64,000 nucleotides of DNA, from assembly GCA_038243585.1 (NCBI GenBank), contig JBBSQY010000006.1, forward strand, positions 34,764 to 98,763. Reading direction: 5' to 3'. This document shows positions 33,827 to 44,399 of this stretch, in pieces. Every line of letters begins with the position of its first letter. Position 1 is the stretch's first letter. The DNA is from Candidatus Sumerlaeales bacterium. Lineage in GTDB: Bacteria > Sumerlaeota > Sumerlaeia > Sumerlaeales > Sumerlaeaceae. The position numbers were made by a program, and so were the translations under genes. The notes beneath the pieces were generated by a model. The model searched no databases, had not been told where the DNA came from, and worked only from the letters and a program-made list of their open reading frames with translations.

Positions 33827-34114
33827 TTACCAGTAGTAGTAACTTCCGTACTGTCCACCGCCGTTATAGCTATAGCCCAGGCCATAATACGATCCGTCTC
33901 CATGGTACGTTTCAGGAAAATAGCTGCTATTGTATGACCAATAGGGGTCATAGCGAACCCCTGTCGAATAATGGTACGGATAACCATAATAATGGCGTAC
34001 CCCGTAGGCTTGGCGAAGCTGTTCATACTGAGGGCTGAAGTATTGAGCGGACGCGGCCCCGGCAAAGCTGGACAGAACTAACAGTACGACGATGCGGCAA
34101 GAAGTTGTGGCCAT
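33827..34114 (-). CDS. Small secreted Tyr/Gly-rich protein
   Basis: Signal peptide ending ASA-Q, followed by a Y/G-rich mature region; AAGGA RBS. Confidence 0.6.
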   Translation of the reverse strand: MATTSCRIVVLLVLSSFAGAASAQYFSPQYEQLRQAYGVRHYYGYPYHYSTGVRYDPYWSYNSSYFPETYHGDGSYYGLGYSYNGGGQYGSYYYW

Positions 34115-34158
34115 TATAGATCCTTTAAGGTGGTAATGTGGCTAATTGAACTTCGGAA

Positions 34159-35715
34159 CTACTTCTGGCTACGCATTCTTCGGGCCAGATTACTCACAAA
34201 CGGATTGTATTGGTCATTAGCGGCCTGCGTTTCTTGACTTGCGACCGCCTGACCTGCCACCCGAACCGAAGTGCCAATAAGAGGTCGTGCCTCAGCGTTA
34301 ACTTCAGTTTCCAGAAGCGATTCTCCAAGAAAGCTAACAGCGGTAGTTGGTGATAGTCCTTTCGCGTTTTGAACAAGAACCAGTTCAGCCCTTGATATTT
34401 CTTCAATCGCCTTAAGGCTGACGGTGGCCAGTTTGCCAGATCCGCGGACTTGCGAATTGGAAGCGGAGACTTCATAAACAATAATACCTTTAGTATTATC
34501 CGCGAAATTAAAGCGGTAATAGTCAAAAGTAAAATTGTTCCTCGCCATCGCATCGCGGATATTTATACCGCGGGTTACAACGTTTCCTGCATCGCTGTCC
34601 ACAACCTGCAGAATAGTAGGATCAAACTGCAAATAAAGGCGGACGCGATCAAGGCGTTTTTCACCCGGGTTTTTTAGAAAAATATCCACATCAAATGATT
34701 CTCCAGCTCGTACCGAAGTCGAAGACGGACGCAGATCAAAAGTCACATCAAGTCCAGGCCGATCGTCGCCAGCCGACGCAGTCGGAGACCCGATCAGTAC
34801 GCCATCATCCAGTCGAGTTAAAGTAGGTTTAGTTCGCGGTCCTATGACTTGGACCATAGATTTTATTACCCCATCAGATGACCCGGGCATGGTGCCCAGC
34901 AAGTTGACGTCGTTTAAAAAAAGGCCTGTGGTATGACGATTTTCGCCAAATTCATAAGAAATTACTGCTCCGTCCGTCTGCTCCAACGCTTCCCAAACTA
35001 TCGAGATCAGTTCCTTTTGAGCGAATTGTCGCGGCTCTTTCAGGGCCGCACGGACATAAATTGTTCCTTCATCCGGGTTGAACTCATAATCAATTTTGTT
35101 TTTAACATAAGGGTCGAGGGCTGAGTGATCCAACGCCAGGGGATTCAGAATATGACGAGGGTACTTAATAAGCAGAGAAACCTCATCGATTTCCCCCTCT
35201 TTTGTTTCCGCATGAATTTCCGTATTAAATCGCTCCCCAACCGATACAATGCTGTCCATTGGATGGAACAACAAGATCGTCCGTGATTCGCTGCGGGCAG
35301 ATTGTGGCGACTGAGCCGCGGGCGTTGCATCTGCCGCCTGAATGGGTGGAGTCATACGCGCGTTTTGGACAGGCCCTGTCGGAAGAGGCTGGCCGGGAAC
35401 TCCCGCGACCGGAGCTGCTCCTTGTGGGTTGACGGCACCCGGCGCTCCGGGTGGCGCGCCGGGAACTACAGCCGCGGGTGCGCCTGGAGCCGCCGGTGGC
35501 TCGGTTCCCTGTTTCGCCTGCAACGCCTTCTGCTGCTCGTCCCGTCTGGCTTTACTCTCTTCGAGTATTTTTTTAATTCGTTCCTGATGTTCCCTAATCC
35601 GTTCTTGCCGTGTTTGCTCACCACCAGGTTGTTGCGCCATAGCGCTAATCGGCTGAAAAACAAACACTAAGCTGGCAAGCATACCCCATATCACTCGCGT
35701 CGAGAACATAATCAT
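34159..35715 (-). CDS. Secreted protein with Pro/Ala linker and two cohesin-like domains
   Basis: Signal peptide, coiled coil, P/A/G-rich linker, two domains starting V.VGE.F.V.I (LQFDPTILQVVD, GSGKLATVSLKA). Start ATG 35715 after GGAAGGA. Confidence 0.65.
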   Translation of the reverse strand: MIMFSTRVIWGMLASLVFVFQPISAMAQQPGGEQTRQERIREHQERIKKILEESKARRDEQQKALQAKQGTEPPAAPGAPAAVVPGAPPGAPGAVNPQGAAPVAGVPGQPLPTGPVQNARMTPPIQAADATPAAQSPQSARSESRTILLFHPMDSIVSVGERFNTEIHAETKEGEIDEVSLLIKYPRHILNPLALDHSALDPYVKNKIDYEFNPDEGTIYVRAALKEPRQFAQKELISIVWEALEQTDGAVISYEFGENRHTTGLFLNDVNLLGTMPGSSDGVIKSMVQVIGPRTKPTLTRLDDGVLIGSPTASAGDDRPGLDVTFDLRPSSTSVRAGESFDVDIFLKNPGEKRLDRVRLYLQFDPTILQVVDSDAGNVVTRGINIRDAMARNNFTFDYYRFNFADNTKGIIVYEVSASNSQVRGSGKLATVSLKAIEEISRAELVLVQNAKGLSPTTAVSFLGESLLETEVNAEARPLIGTSVRVAGQAVASQETQAANDQYNPFVSNLARRMRSQK

Positions 35716-35770
35716 TGTCCTTCCCCATCCAATACAATGCCCAATCCTGATATTAATAATATGACTGATC

Positions 35771-36373
35771 TCAACGATTGTTTGCCAGTAAGCGATCAAA
35801 AATAATCGCGGCGGCTGCTCTGACGGATAAATGGTTAAAATCACCAGTCCCAGTAATTGGCTCCAGCACGAAATCCGCCTCAAGCATCATCTCGGGGTGA
35901 AGACCCCACCCTGTGCCAAAAAGGAGCACTATTGGCCCACCTTCATCGGCCATTATTTCTCTTAATTGTTTAAAAGTGACAGTATTGGCGTATGTGCGGG
36001 CCGATGTCACAATAAACTGGGGCTCCTGATCGCATTCGGCCAATACGTGGTCACTCATTTTCCCAACGTCGGTAAAACATTGCGTGATACTGAGGGCATC
36101 TTTGCGATTAGAATTATACTTGGATCCCCAACCGCTTTCCCAATGCTCCAGAATTTTGGATACGAGCCAATGTTGGGCCTCCACCGGCGTAATAAGAAAA
36201 TATCCATCCAGACCGTAGGTGCGGGCACTCCTGCTTATATCGTGAATGTCCAGGTTGGTAACCGATGTCGATACCAGCATGCCCTGTTTGTCAATCACAG
36301 GGTAATGAAGAAGTGCTGCGTAAATTTTGCGTGGCATGGGAGGAATTGAAATCATGCATTTTTGCACCATCAA
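35771..36373 (-). CDS. SPOUT-class RNA methyltransferase (TrmD C-terminal-like)
   Basis: ALLHYPV, TNLDIHDISRSARTYG, LFGTGWGL and FNHLSVRAAAAIIFDRL. Confidence 0.85.
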   Translation of the reverse strand: MMVQKCMISIPPMPRKIYAALLHYPVIDKQGMLVSTSVTNLDIHDISRSARTYGLDGYFLITPVEAQHWLVSKILEHWESGWGSKYNSNRKDALSITQCFTDVGKMSDHVLAECDQEPQFIVTSARTYANTVTFKQLREIMADEGGPIVLLFGTGWGLHPEMMLEADFVLEPITGTGDFNHLSVRAAAAIIFDRLLANNR

Positions 36374-36547
36374 GATGAAAATGCATTTTTATAAGAGTTC
36401 TTAAAACGTGTGATTTTCTTCTGGACTCTTGGAAAACCCATCGTTAAATTCCCATGCTGAGTAACCGTTCAGGGTGGATAGAAACTGCATAACCTGTTAT
36501 CTCTGATTCGGTGCAGGAAATATATGAGAGGTTGTTCTTAGCTAGGT

Positions 36548-38338
36548 ATGGGTTATAACCCGGAAAACCCTCTGATTGTACAATCAGATATGTCGGTTCT
36601 ATTGGAAACAATGGGCCCACATTACGAAGATGCACGCGCATTCATCAACCAGTTTGCGGAGTTGACGAAAAGTCCCGAGTATCTGCACACCTATACGATC
36701 ACGCCGCTCTCCATTTGGAATGCCGCGTCTGCGGGAATTACATTGGAGGTGATTTCGGCTGGACTTGAAAAGTTCGCGAAGTACGATTTGCCGGGCAATG
36801 TTTTTACCGAGATTCGTGAGCTGCTGGGCCGTTTCGGCAGCATTCAGCTTTTAAAAAATTCAGAAACCGGGCAGCTCTACCTTAAATGCCGAGATTTGCC
36901 GGTAGCCGAAGAAGTCCTTGCCGCGCCCGCCGTCCGGGAGCATTTGGAGAAGCGTGTATCGGACTTGGAAATTCTGGTTAGTCCCGATGCCCGCGGCCGT
37001 CTTAAACATGCCCTTATTAAGCAGGGCTATCCAGTTGAAGACCTTGCTGGGTTTATTGAAGGAGATGCTCTGGAAGTTGATTTCAGAGATGTTACACTTA
37101 AAGGTCGAAAGCTTAAGATTCGGGGCTATCAACAGGAAGCCGCAGAGATGTTCTATTGCGGCGGGCGCGCCACCGGCGGCAGCGGTGTGTTAGTGCTGCC
37201 ATGCGGCGCAGGGAAAACCGTCATTGGCATTGCCGCAATGACCCTGGTGAAGCAAAAAACCCTCATCCTGACAACAAACGTAACAGCCCTCCGCCAATGG
37301 ATGAACGAAATCATAGACAAAACGACAATCGAAGCTAAGAACGTCGGGGAATATAGTGGCGAAAATAAAAACATCCGGGACGTCACAGTCTCTACCTATC
37401 AGATTCTAACTTATAGAGACCGTAAAACAGATCGTTTTCCTCACATGGACCTTTTTGGAGCGCACAACTGGGGCCTAATTGTCTATGACGAAGTGCATAT
37501 GTTGCCTGCTCCCGTATTTCGTGCAGTCGCGGATATACAGGCGAAAAGACGACTTGGCCTAACTGCCACCTTGGTGCGCGAAGATGGCAAAGAAGACGAA
37601 GTTTTTTCCCTGATCGGCCCCAAGCGCTACGACAAGCCCTGGAAAGAACTAGAGAGCCAGGGCTGGATTGCGGAAGCTATATGTACGGAAATTCGGGTCC
37701 CCATGGATAACGATTTGAAATTGCAATACGCGGTTGCGGACCTTCGGGCAAAATATCGCCTAAGCATGGAAAACCCTGCAAAACTTACCGTAGTCCAGCA
37801 ACTCCTGGATCGGCACAAAGGTGATCGCGTGCTTGTAATTGGGCAATATCTGGGGCAATTGGCCGCGATACAGGAAATGATTAAAGCGCCAATAATCACA
37901 GGTCAGACACCGAACAATGAGCGGGACGAGATCTACGGCAAGTTTAAAACCGGAGAAATCCAAGTTCTGATTGTCTCAAAAGTAGCCAATTTCGCCATTG
38001 ATTTGCCCGATGCTAACGTAGCGATCCAGGTATCCGGCACATATCGTTCAAGGCAGGAAGAGACACAGCGGCTGGGACGGGTGCTACGCCCAAAAGCCGA
38101 TGGCAGCAGCGCATGGTTCTATTCTGTGGTAACAAAAGACAGCAAAGATCAGGAGTGTGCGAAAAAACGATCCATGTTTCTCACAGAGCAGGGGTATAGG
38201 TACTGTATTCAGGTACTTAACGATGAAGACATTAACATCACTCCTGTTATTGACGTTGATCTTGATTCAAAGGAAGCTCTGCATCGAGCAGCTGAAACAA
38301 CAACTGAGTCGACTCTAGTAACAATAACCGAAACGTAA
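36548..38338 (+). CDS. Bacterial XPB/Ssl2-like SF2 DNA helicase
   Basis: PLIVQSD N-domain, LPCGAGKT, DEVH, GLTATLVREDG and QRLGRVLRPK. Confidence 0.93.
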   Translation: MGYNPENPLIVQSDMSVLLETMGPHYEDARAFINQFAELTKSPEYLHTYTITPLSIWNAASAGITLEVISAGLEKFAKYDLPGNVFTEIRELLGRFGSIQLLKNSETGQLYLKCRDLPVAEEVLAAPAVREHLEKRVSDLEILVSPDARGRLKHALIKQGYPVEDLAGFIEGDALEVDFRDVTLKGRKLKIRGYQQEAAEMFYCGGRATGGSGVLVLPCGAGKTVIGIAAMTLVKQKTLILTTNVTALRQWMNEIIDKTTIEAKNVGEYSGENKNIRDVTVSTYQILTYRDRKTDRFPHMDLFGAHNWGLIVYDEVHMLPAPVFRAVADIQAKRRLGLTATLVREDGKEDEVFSLIGPKRYDKPWKELESQGWIAEAICTEIRVPMDNDLKLQYAVADLRAKYRLSMENPAKLTVVQQLLDRHKGDRVLVIGQYLGQLAAIQEMIKAPIITGQTPNNERDEIYGKFKTGEIQVLIVSKVANFAIDLPDANVAIQVSGTYRSRQEETQRLGRVLRPKADGSSAWFYSVVTKDSKDQECAKKRSMFLTEQGYRYCIQVLNDEDINITPVIDVDLDSKEALHRAAETTTESTLVTITET

Positions 38339-38344
38339 AGACGA

Positions 38345-41128
38345 ATGCAGACAGACAGATACGCCCTTTCCGAATCCTTAAAGCTTCGCGCCTTGCTTCG
38401 CCAGCTGCCAGACGAACAACTATCCCGTATAAGCAGAAACTGGGGATTCCGGGAAAGTGACAAAAGTGGTAGCGCGGAAAAGATTTCCGGGGAGCATTTG
38501 GCCGATTTCCTGTATCCCCGCATGAACTCCGAAACTTACTTTCAGCAGATATGGGAACGGTTAAGTGAAGAAGAGCGAGACGCACTTAAGTTTTTAGGGA
38601 TTCATGGCGGAGTATTGGCCAGAGAAGAACTGAACCAGCGCGTATTTAAAGGGGCGGTGCGAACTTTTCGCAAAGCTTCAGACAGTCTCATAGACAAAGG
38701 CCTCGTTTATGAAGCTACCGAGCTTCCAGGGATGAGTCGCTCTAGCGAACAGTGGTTTTTTGTTCCAGAAGTTTTTCTTACATTTTTACAGCTGCCAATA
38801 CATTGTCAGGGGTTTTTAGGCAATTTGCTGCGTCTGCTAGGGACGGAGGAACTGTCAGCACTTGCGAAGCGGGTGTTGAAGCTGGAAGATCACCAGTTGC
38901 CCTCGCCATTAGAGCTACGGTACAACGTCAGAAAGTTTCTGATAGAGCCAGATAATTTAAGAAACACTGTTGAAGAGCTGCCCGAAACGGAAAGAGAAGT
39001 TTTCGAAGCGTTGCTCGGCCGAAAAGGCCAATGTCTTTACCGGGAGCTGCTTGACGCGACAGGCGCTAGAAAAGTGGACCATAGCAAAGCCGAGTTCATC
39101 AACCAGTTGGCTCAAACAACGGGACTAGTGTTTACTGTCTCTGAAGGCCATAACAAATACATGAACTCGCTAATGGTTCCGCGGGATCTATATTACGTTA
39201 TTACCCGACGCTATCAGCCAGACACTCGGTCCCTCCAACGCATCGAATCCATGGCAGGCATCCGGCGGGAGGCTCCGAAGCTGCCACCCTCGGACAACTC
39301 CGCAGACATACTCCGAGACATGGCTGTTTTTGCTGCTACAATGGATATGTTTCAGCCAAAAAAACTTACAACCGGCGGTATCAACAAGGCTGATTTAAAA
39401 AAGATGGCCACGATCTTTCCTTTAAGTAAGCAGGCGAGATATTCTACTTTTTTGTCCACATATCTAATCAACTCTGATAGCTTTGTAGATATTCAAGGGG
39501 CCTGGCGGGCATCGGAAAAGCTGCCGGCTCAACTTAGTAGTCCCGAGCAGACGTTCCTTTTTCTTTTTCAGTGGTGGTTGAAAACAACCACTTGGAATGA
39601 GTTTTTTATCGATGGGGTTGCGCCAGCAGGTGATCGGCCTCCGCAGCTATGGACAAACGTTGTTGAACTGCGCCAGGTAATTCTGAGCGCTTTGCATCAA
39701 GTTCAAAAAGACAGATGGGTCAGCTACTCCAATTTTTGGGAAACAGTTGTCCCTCTTCTGGATTCGCGACTTCCCAAAGGCAGCGGCGGCGGTGGCTACG
39801 GTGGAATTCTCTCCGTAAAAGACGCGGTCGGCGTTATTATACGGGAATCCCTGTTTTTTCTGGGAGTCACAGTCATCGCCAATACGAACCCTGACGATGA
39901 TGCGGCTGCCAAATCACGCTCCGTTGTAAAGGCAAAGGGTAAAGAGCCGGTAAACGAGCCGCCCGCGGATTTTCAATTCAAGCTTTCCCCTATGGGTCGC
40001 AAGCTTGCTGGGTCTGATGCAATTAATCTCACTTTCAATATCGAAAGTGAAGACAATCCCGTAGTCGGAAGTTTTCAGCAAGGAGCACAATGGATCATCG
40101 TACAACCAAACCTCGAAATTGTGGCGCCGCGTGATCTGGGTTTAGACTCGGTTTTCCAACTCGCGCGTTTATGTAAGGTAAAGAACATCGATGTAATGAC
40201 CACCCTAGAACTGAGTCGGGAAAGCTTGCGACCTGTTCTCGATCGCGGCGCTGATACTGAAAGCATTTTGCAATTTCTGACCGGCTTGAGCAGAATGGAA
40301 ATGCCTCCAGGCATCGCACAATTAATAGAAGATTGCAGCAACAAGCACGGAGAAATCAGACTCGGCAGCAGCAGTGGGTATATTATTGCGGAAAACAATA
40401 CCGTTCTGGAATCGATATGGCGACATCCCAAGCTTACGCCGTTTATTAAAGAAAGATATGGCGACAATGTCCTGTTGCTGGCAAGCGAAACAGACCTCAA
40501 CAAAGTGGCAAAGGAGCTCCGCAGCCATGGTCACAGTCCGCAAATGGAAACCGGCGCAGTTCACGCAAACCATGACAATCGCTTCCATCTGGCTCTAACG
40601 GAAATAGAAATGCAGGACGTCATAGCTGCCGTTCGCTTTCTATCCTACGTGGAAAAAGTTCTTGAGGCAGATCTTACAGACGGGCGTGCCGCAACCATGG
40701 CCCACCGGCTACAGCCTGATTCAACCGGCTTTCTAGTAAGTGGGACTGGAGTTGAAACTCGGTCCCGTCAGTTATTCCGGCGTTTCGAAGCGGCATTTAA
40801 CAAACACGACGAGGACATTGTCGAAAAATATAAAACTCAGGTTTCTAAACTCGTATCCCGATCTACAACATCCCGGGGGCCTAGTAAATATCAGTATAAG
40901 GGATCAAATCCCGCGGTTGATAAGGAAGACATTGAGCAGCTTATCGTTTTTGCGCAAGAGTATGAGCTGGAAGTTGAACTGCTCTATCTGAAGCAAAGCG
41001 AACAGGAAACTCGCGTAGTAGTCTTGCCCCGGGGTGTCGAAGGGGAGCGCATCTACGCCCATAACAGCGTGACCGACACTGATGCGGTTTACTCCCTTAA
41101 CAGGATTTTGCGCGCCAGGCTCCTGTAA
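38345..41128 (+). CDS. XPB-associated protein (helicase-associated domain plus C-terminal WYL-like domain)
   Basis: IIVQPNLEIVAP...LSRESL...G...ILQFL helicase-associated domain; C-terminal ELLY...RVVVLP...YSLNRI; 6 bp downstream of XPB. Confidence 0.7.
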   Translation: MQTDRYALSESLKLRALLRQLPDEQLSRISRNWGFRESDKSGSAEKISGEHLADFLYPRMNSETYFQQIWERLSEEERDALKFLGIHGGVLAREELNQRVFKGAVRTFRKASDSLIDKGLVYEATELPGMSRSSEQWFFVPEVFLTFLQLPIHCQGFLGNLLRLLGTEELSALAKRVLKLEDHQLPSPLELRYNVRKFLIEPDNLRNTVEELPETEREVFEALLGRKGQCLYRELLDATGARKVDHSKAEFINQLAQTTGLVFTVSEGHNKYMNSLMVPRDLYYVITRRYQPDTRSLQRIESMAGIRREAPKLPPSDNSADILRDMAVFAATMDMFQPKKLTTGGINKADLKKMATIFPLSKQARYSTFLSTYLINSDSFVDIQGAWRASEKLPAQLSSPEQTFLFLFQWWLKTTTWNEFFIDGVAPAGDRPPQLWTNVVELRQVILSALHQVQKDRWVSYSNFWETVVPLLDSRLPKGSGGGGYGGILSVKDAVGVIIRESLFFLGVTVIANTNPDDDAAAKSRSVVKAKGKEPVNEPPADFQFKLSPMGRKLAGSDAINLTFNIESEDNPVVGSFQQGAQWIIVQPNLEIVAPRDLGLDSVFQLARLCKVKNIDVMTTLELSRESLRPVLDRGADTESILQFLTGLSRMEMPPGIAQLIEDCSNKHGEIRLGSSSGYIIAENNTVLESIWRHPKLTPFIKERYGDNVLLLASETDLNKVAKELRSHGHSPQMETGAVHANHDNRFHLALTEIEMQDVIAAVRFLSYVEKVLEADLTDGRAATMAHRLQPDSTGFLVSGTGVETRSRQLFRRFEAAFNKHDEDIVEKYKTQVSKLVSRSTTSRGPSKYQYKGSNPAVDKEDIEQLIVFAQEYELEVELLYLKQSEQETRVVVLPRGVEGERIYAHNSVTDTDAVYSLNRILRARLL

Positions 41129-41142
41129 GGAGGAGGTGACAA

Positions 41143-42531
41143 GTGAAGTCGTATGGCAATAAATTCGTCGAACTGCTGGACCGTACCTCGCTTATAAAGA
41201 CAGTCTCTAAAGGGTCGGGTGTTCTAGTAGGTGTATCCGGCGGAGCAGATTCTGTCGCATTGCTTATGGGAATGTGTGCGATCAAGCCCGCCATCGGTAT
41301 CACCCTGACCGCAGTCCATATAAACCACGGGCTACGATCGGAGGCAGCAGCAGAAGAATTCTTTGTTCAGTCCCTTTGCGATCGGTTGTGTGTGGACTGC
41401 CGCATTGTGAAACTGACCGGAAAAGAAAAGCCCGGAAAGTGCAGTCCCGAACAATTCTGGAGGCAGTCCCGCTATTCTGAATTTGAGGAAATTCTTGCCG
41501 ATACAGAAAGCGATTTTCTAGCCCTTGGCCATACCATCGATGACCTTGCCGAAACATTTTTATATCACCTGACTAGAGGAACAGGAGTTGATGGTCTTGT
41601 CTTCCATTTTTTTAAAATGGCAGGCGCTCTTCCAATCATTCGACCTCTCTGGCAAACCAGCAGGAGTCGCATAGAGACAGCCTTAACCGGCGCCGGTGAG
41701 CAATGGACCACAGACACTTCAAATCAAGACGTGAGATATAGTCGGAATCTCATCAGGCACAATGTTATCTCAGAATTAAAAAAGATAAATCCCTCAGTCG
41801 TGGATGCAATTGCACGATTATCAGCGAATTTGCACGATTCGATTTCGAACCTCCCAGATCAGGACAGTCCCGATGATTCCCTCACTGAAAATCCTCGATA
41901 CTTCTCAGCCTTAAATGACGATAAAGTTTTGAAACTAACCGGCACTGCTTCAAACGGCGCTAATATCTCAGCACTAATTCGCAATTTCGTATTTGCCGCG
42001 GCTACAACAATAATGGACAGTCGCCAGACGGCCCAGGCCACAAGAATTATCGCCTCTCGGGGAACAGGTTTAGTTGCTTTGACCGGAAGTAAGACCCTTG
42101 TGCTTTCTCAGGAGAATGGGTGGATTTATCCAGGCAATCAGCCATCAGACAAAATGCTCGCAGAGTATCACACACAATTGTTTGGGGGCTTAAGTGCTGA
42201 ACTAGTGGAATCACCTGATACCCCCGTATCCTCCCCACTCCGCATCCAGGCACTCGAGGGATCGGAATGGGTTATAGAATGGTCGAAGCCGGAGCCGCTA
42301 TTACTCAGAAACCGCCGAGCAGGGGATAAGATAAACTCCAAGCCATTGTCGAAACTTTTGATAGAATACAAAATTCCCTGGTATAATCGAGACTTCGCGG
42401 TCGTTCTCACGAGGCTTGACGGCGAAATTGTTGCCGTAGCAAATGTGTCCGATAAAATGAACGAATGGATTGCCCGCCATCGAAAGTCTGACTTTTCGTT
42501 GAAAGTAACAAAGTCAATCCTGACCGCATGA
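41143..42531 (+). CDS. tilS: tRNA(Ile)-lysidine synthetase
   Basis: SGGADS, HINHGLR, GHTIDDLAET, IRPL and DTSN...YSRNLIRH; AGGAGG RBS. Confidence 0.92.
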   Translation: MKSYGNKFVELLDRTSLIKTVSKGSGVLVGVSGGADSVALLMGMCAIKPAIGITLTAVHINHGLRSEAAAEEFFVQSLCDRLCVDCRIVKLTGKEKPGKCSPEQFWRQSRYSEFEEILADTESDFLALGHTIDDLAETFLYHLTRGTGVDGLVFHFFKMAGALPIIRPLWQTSRSRIETALTGAGEQWTTDTSNQDVRYSRNLIRHNVISELKKINPSVVDAIARLSANLHDSISNLPDQDSPDDSLTENPRYFSALNDDKVLKLTGTASNGANISALIRNFVFAAATTIMDSRQTAQATRIIASRGTGLVALTGSKTLVLSQENGWIYPGNQPSDKMLAEYHTQLFGGLSAELVESPDTPVSSPLRIQALEGSEWVIEWSKPEPLLLRNRRAGDKINSKPLSKLLIEYKIPWYNRDFAVVLTRLDGEIVAVANVSDKMNEWIARHRKSDFSLKVTKSILTA

Positions 42532-42560
42532 TCTACCCGAATACACGGTATAGCTAGTCC

Positions 42561-43031
42561 ATGGCAGAAGAAGAAGTCATAAAAGTTATCGCCACAAACC
42601 GCCGCGCCTGGCACGATTATCACATCGAGGACAGGCTGGAAGCAGGCTTGGTCCTTGGTGGAACGGAAGTAAAATCGCTGCGCGCAGGACGCGCCAGTTT
42701 GGTGGATTGTTACGTATCGGTTTCTAAAGGCGAAGCTTTTATTTATAACCTGCAGATCAGCCCGTATGAACAAGGCAATCGATACAACATGCCTGAGAAA
42801 AGGCCCCGCAAGCTACTGCTTCACAAGTCGGAAATTGAAAAAATAATGGGACAGATATCCAGAAAAGGATACACTGTTGCGGGCCTTAAACTGTACTTTA
42901 AAGGCAGCCGTGTAAAGCTTGAGCTGGGAATGGCGCGCGGTAAAAAAGATTATGATAAGCGGGAAGATATGAAAGAGCGCGATTCAAAGCGAGAGGTTGA
43001 TCGCGTGATGAAGGCTTCGAGGCGTGGATGA
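42561..43031 (+). CDS. smpB: SsrA-binding protein
   Basis: NRRAWHDY, EAGLVLGGTEVKSLR, RKLLLHKSEI and GKKDYDKRE. Confidence 0.98.
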   Translation: MAEEEVIKVIATNRRAWHDYHIEDRLEAGLVLGGTEVKSLRAGRASLVDCYVSVSKGEAFIYNLQISPYEQGNRYNMPEKRPRKLLLHKSEIEKIMGQISRKGYTVAGLKLYFKGSRVKLELGMARGKKDYDKREDMKERDSKREVDRVMKASRRG

Positions 43032-44352
43032 ACACAAAACTCCTCCACTTCAAATTTTCCCCGCTCCCTACGTTGCCAACACTGAACGCTTAATCTCAGC
43101 GGCAGCCGACGTCGAGCACCGGGTATTTTACAGGGCTGGCACTGACAATCTGCGTGGGCTACCAGTCGATTATTTTGCAGCAGGCAATTTTGTTGAGCAT
43201 GAAATCCCCTGGAAAATTGGCAACCGCGCAATACCGCTAGAACTTATCAAGGCAAAGCTTTCAGCCCTGAATGCTCGGGATGGTGCCTTAGCTGGATATA
43301 TAAGCTACGAAACCGGTTTTGCCTTCGAACCTGACAAATGGGGCCAGCTTCCACGGCCGGACCGCGGATACGCTTGGAGATTCGTCCAGCTTCCATGCTG
43401 GTATGAGGCAAATCATGCTACTGCAACCGGTCGAATCTGCGCTGTAAGTCACGCAGATCCCGAAGCGATAGCCTTTCTCATTAAACTAGTAGAAGACAAT
43501 ACAGCAGTGCTTTCTACTAAAAGCCAACCAGGAACCGCCCGCACAATAGACGAAATTGCCAGTTTCGGCGAAATTTCCATAGATACATACAAAACAAAAG
43601 TTCTTGAGGTATTGGAGGACATCCAGTCCGGACGCTACTATGAGCTAAACCTGACTCAGCGCTTCCGCCTGGAAAGCAGTCTTCCCCCGTCCGAATTGTT
43701 TACCAGACTTTTTGCTCAACTTGAGCCACGCAGAGGCTTCTTTTGTACTTTTAAAGATGAGACTATAGTGGGCGTGTCGCCCGAGCTCTTTATTAAAAAA
43801 GCATGCACCCGCATTTCGACACGGCCCATAAAAGGTTCAATATCAGGTCCTGTGTCGGCCCTCGATAAAATAAAGCTTTCCGCCGAGCACGTAATGGTTG
43901 TCGATCTCGCACGAAATGACCTCGGTCGCGTGTCCGACACCGGTTGGGTGAATGTTGAAGAATACCAGTCCGAAAGTAAGTTTGGAAGTCTGACGCATTT
44001 GGAGTCGCTCATCACAGGATCAACCTCAATGACGTGGCAAAACATTCTGGCCAACACATTTCCGGCGGCCTCTATCACCGGTATGCCGAAAATCATAGTT
44101 GTTCAGTCAATAGCTCAATACGAACTGTCATGCCGCGGTGTGTACACCGGAGCCTGTGGTTGGATATTTCCAAATGGGGATTTCGACTTTAACGTCTCTA
44201 TTCGTACATTCGCAGCCACTCCCACACGTGGGTCCTGGCGTTACGAAATCGGCGCAGGCGGGGCCATAACCGCAGACTCAAAACCTGCCGACGAATATCT
44301 GGAATGCCTAAACAAAGTTCAACCACTCATTAGCGCAGCAGCGAGTGAATAA
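43024..44352 (+). CDS. Chorismate-binding enzyme (PabB/TrpE component I-like)
   Basis: GYISYE, SPELF, RPIKGS, AEHVMVVDLARNDL, FPAASITGMPK, NVSIRT and GAGGAIT. Confidence 0.85.
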   Translation: MDEHKTPPLQIFPAPYVANTERLISAAADVEHRVFYRAGTDNLRGLPVDYFAAGNFVEHEIPWKIGNRAIPLELIKAKLSALNARDGALAGYISYETGFAFEPDKWGQLPRPDRGYAWRFVQLPCWYEANHATATGRICAVSHADPEAIAFLIKLVEDNTAVLSTKSQPGTARTIDEIASFGEISIDTYKTKVLEVLEDIQSGRYYELNLTQRFRLESSLPPSELFTRLFAQLEPRRGFFCTFKDETIVGVSPELFIKKACTRISTRPIKGSISGPVSALDKIKLSAEHVMVVDLARNDLGRVSDTGWVNVEEYQSESKFGSLTHLESLITGSTSMTWQNILANTFPAASITGMPKIIVVQSIAQYELSCRGVYTGACGWIFPNGDFDFNVSIRTFAATPTRGSWRYEIGAGGAITADSKPADEYLECLNKVQPLISAAASE

Positions 44353-44399
44353 TCGAGCAATTAACCTGTCTACACCGCCTGAACAGGTTACCGGTAATC

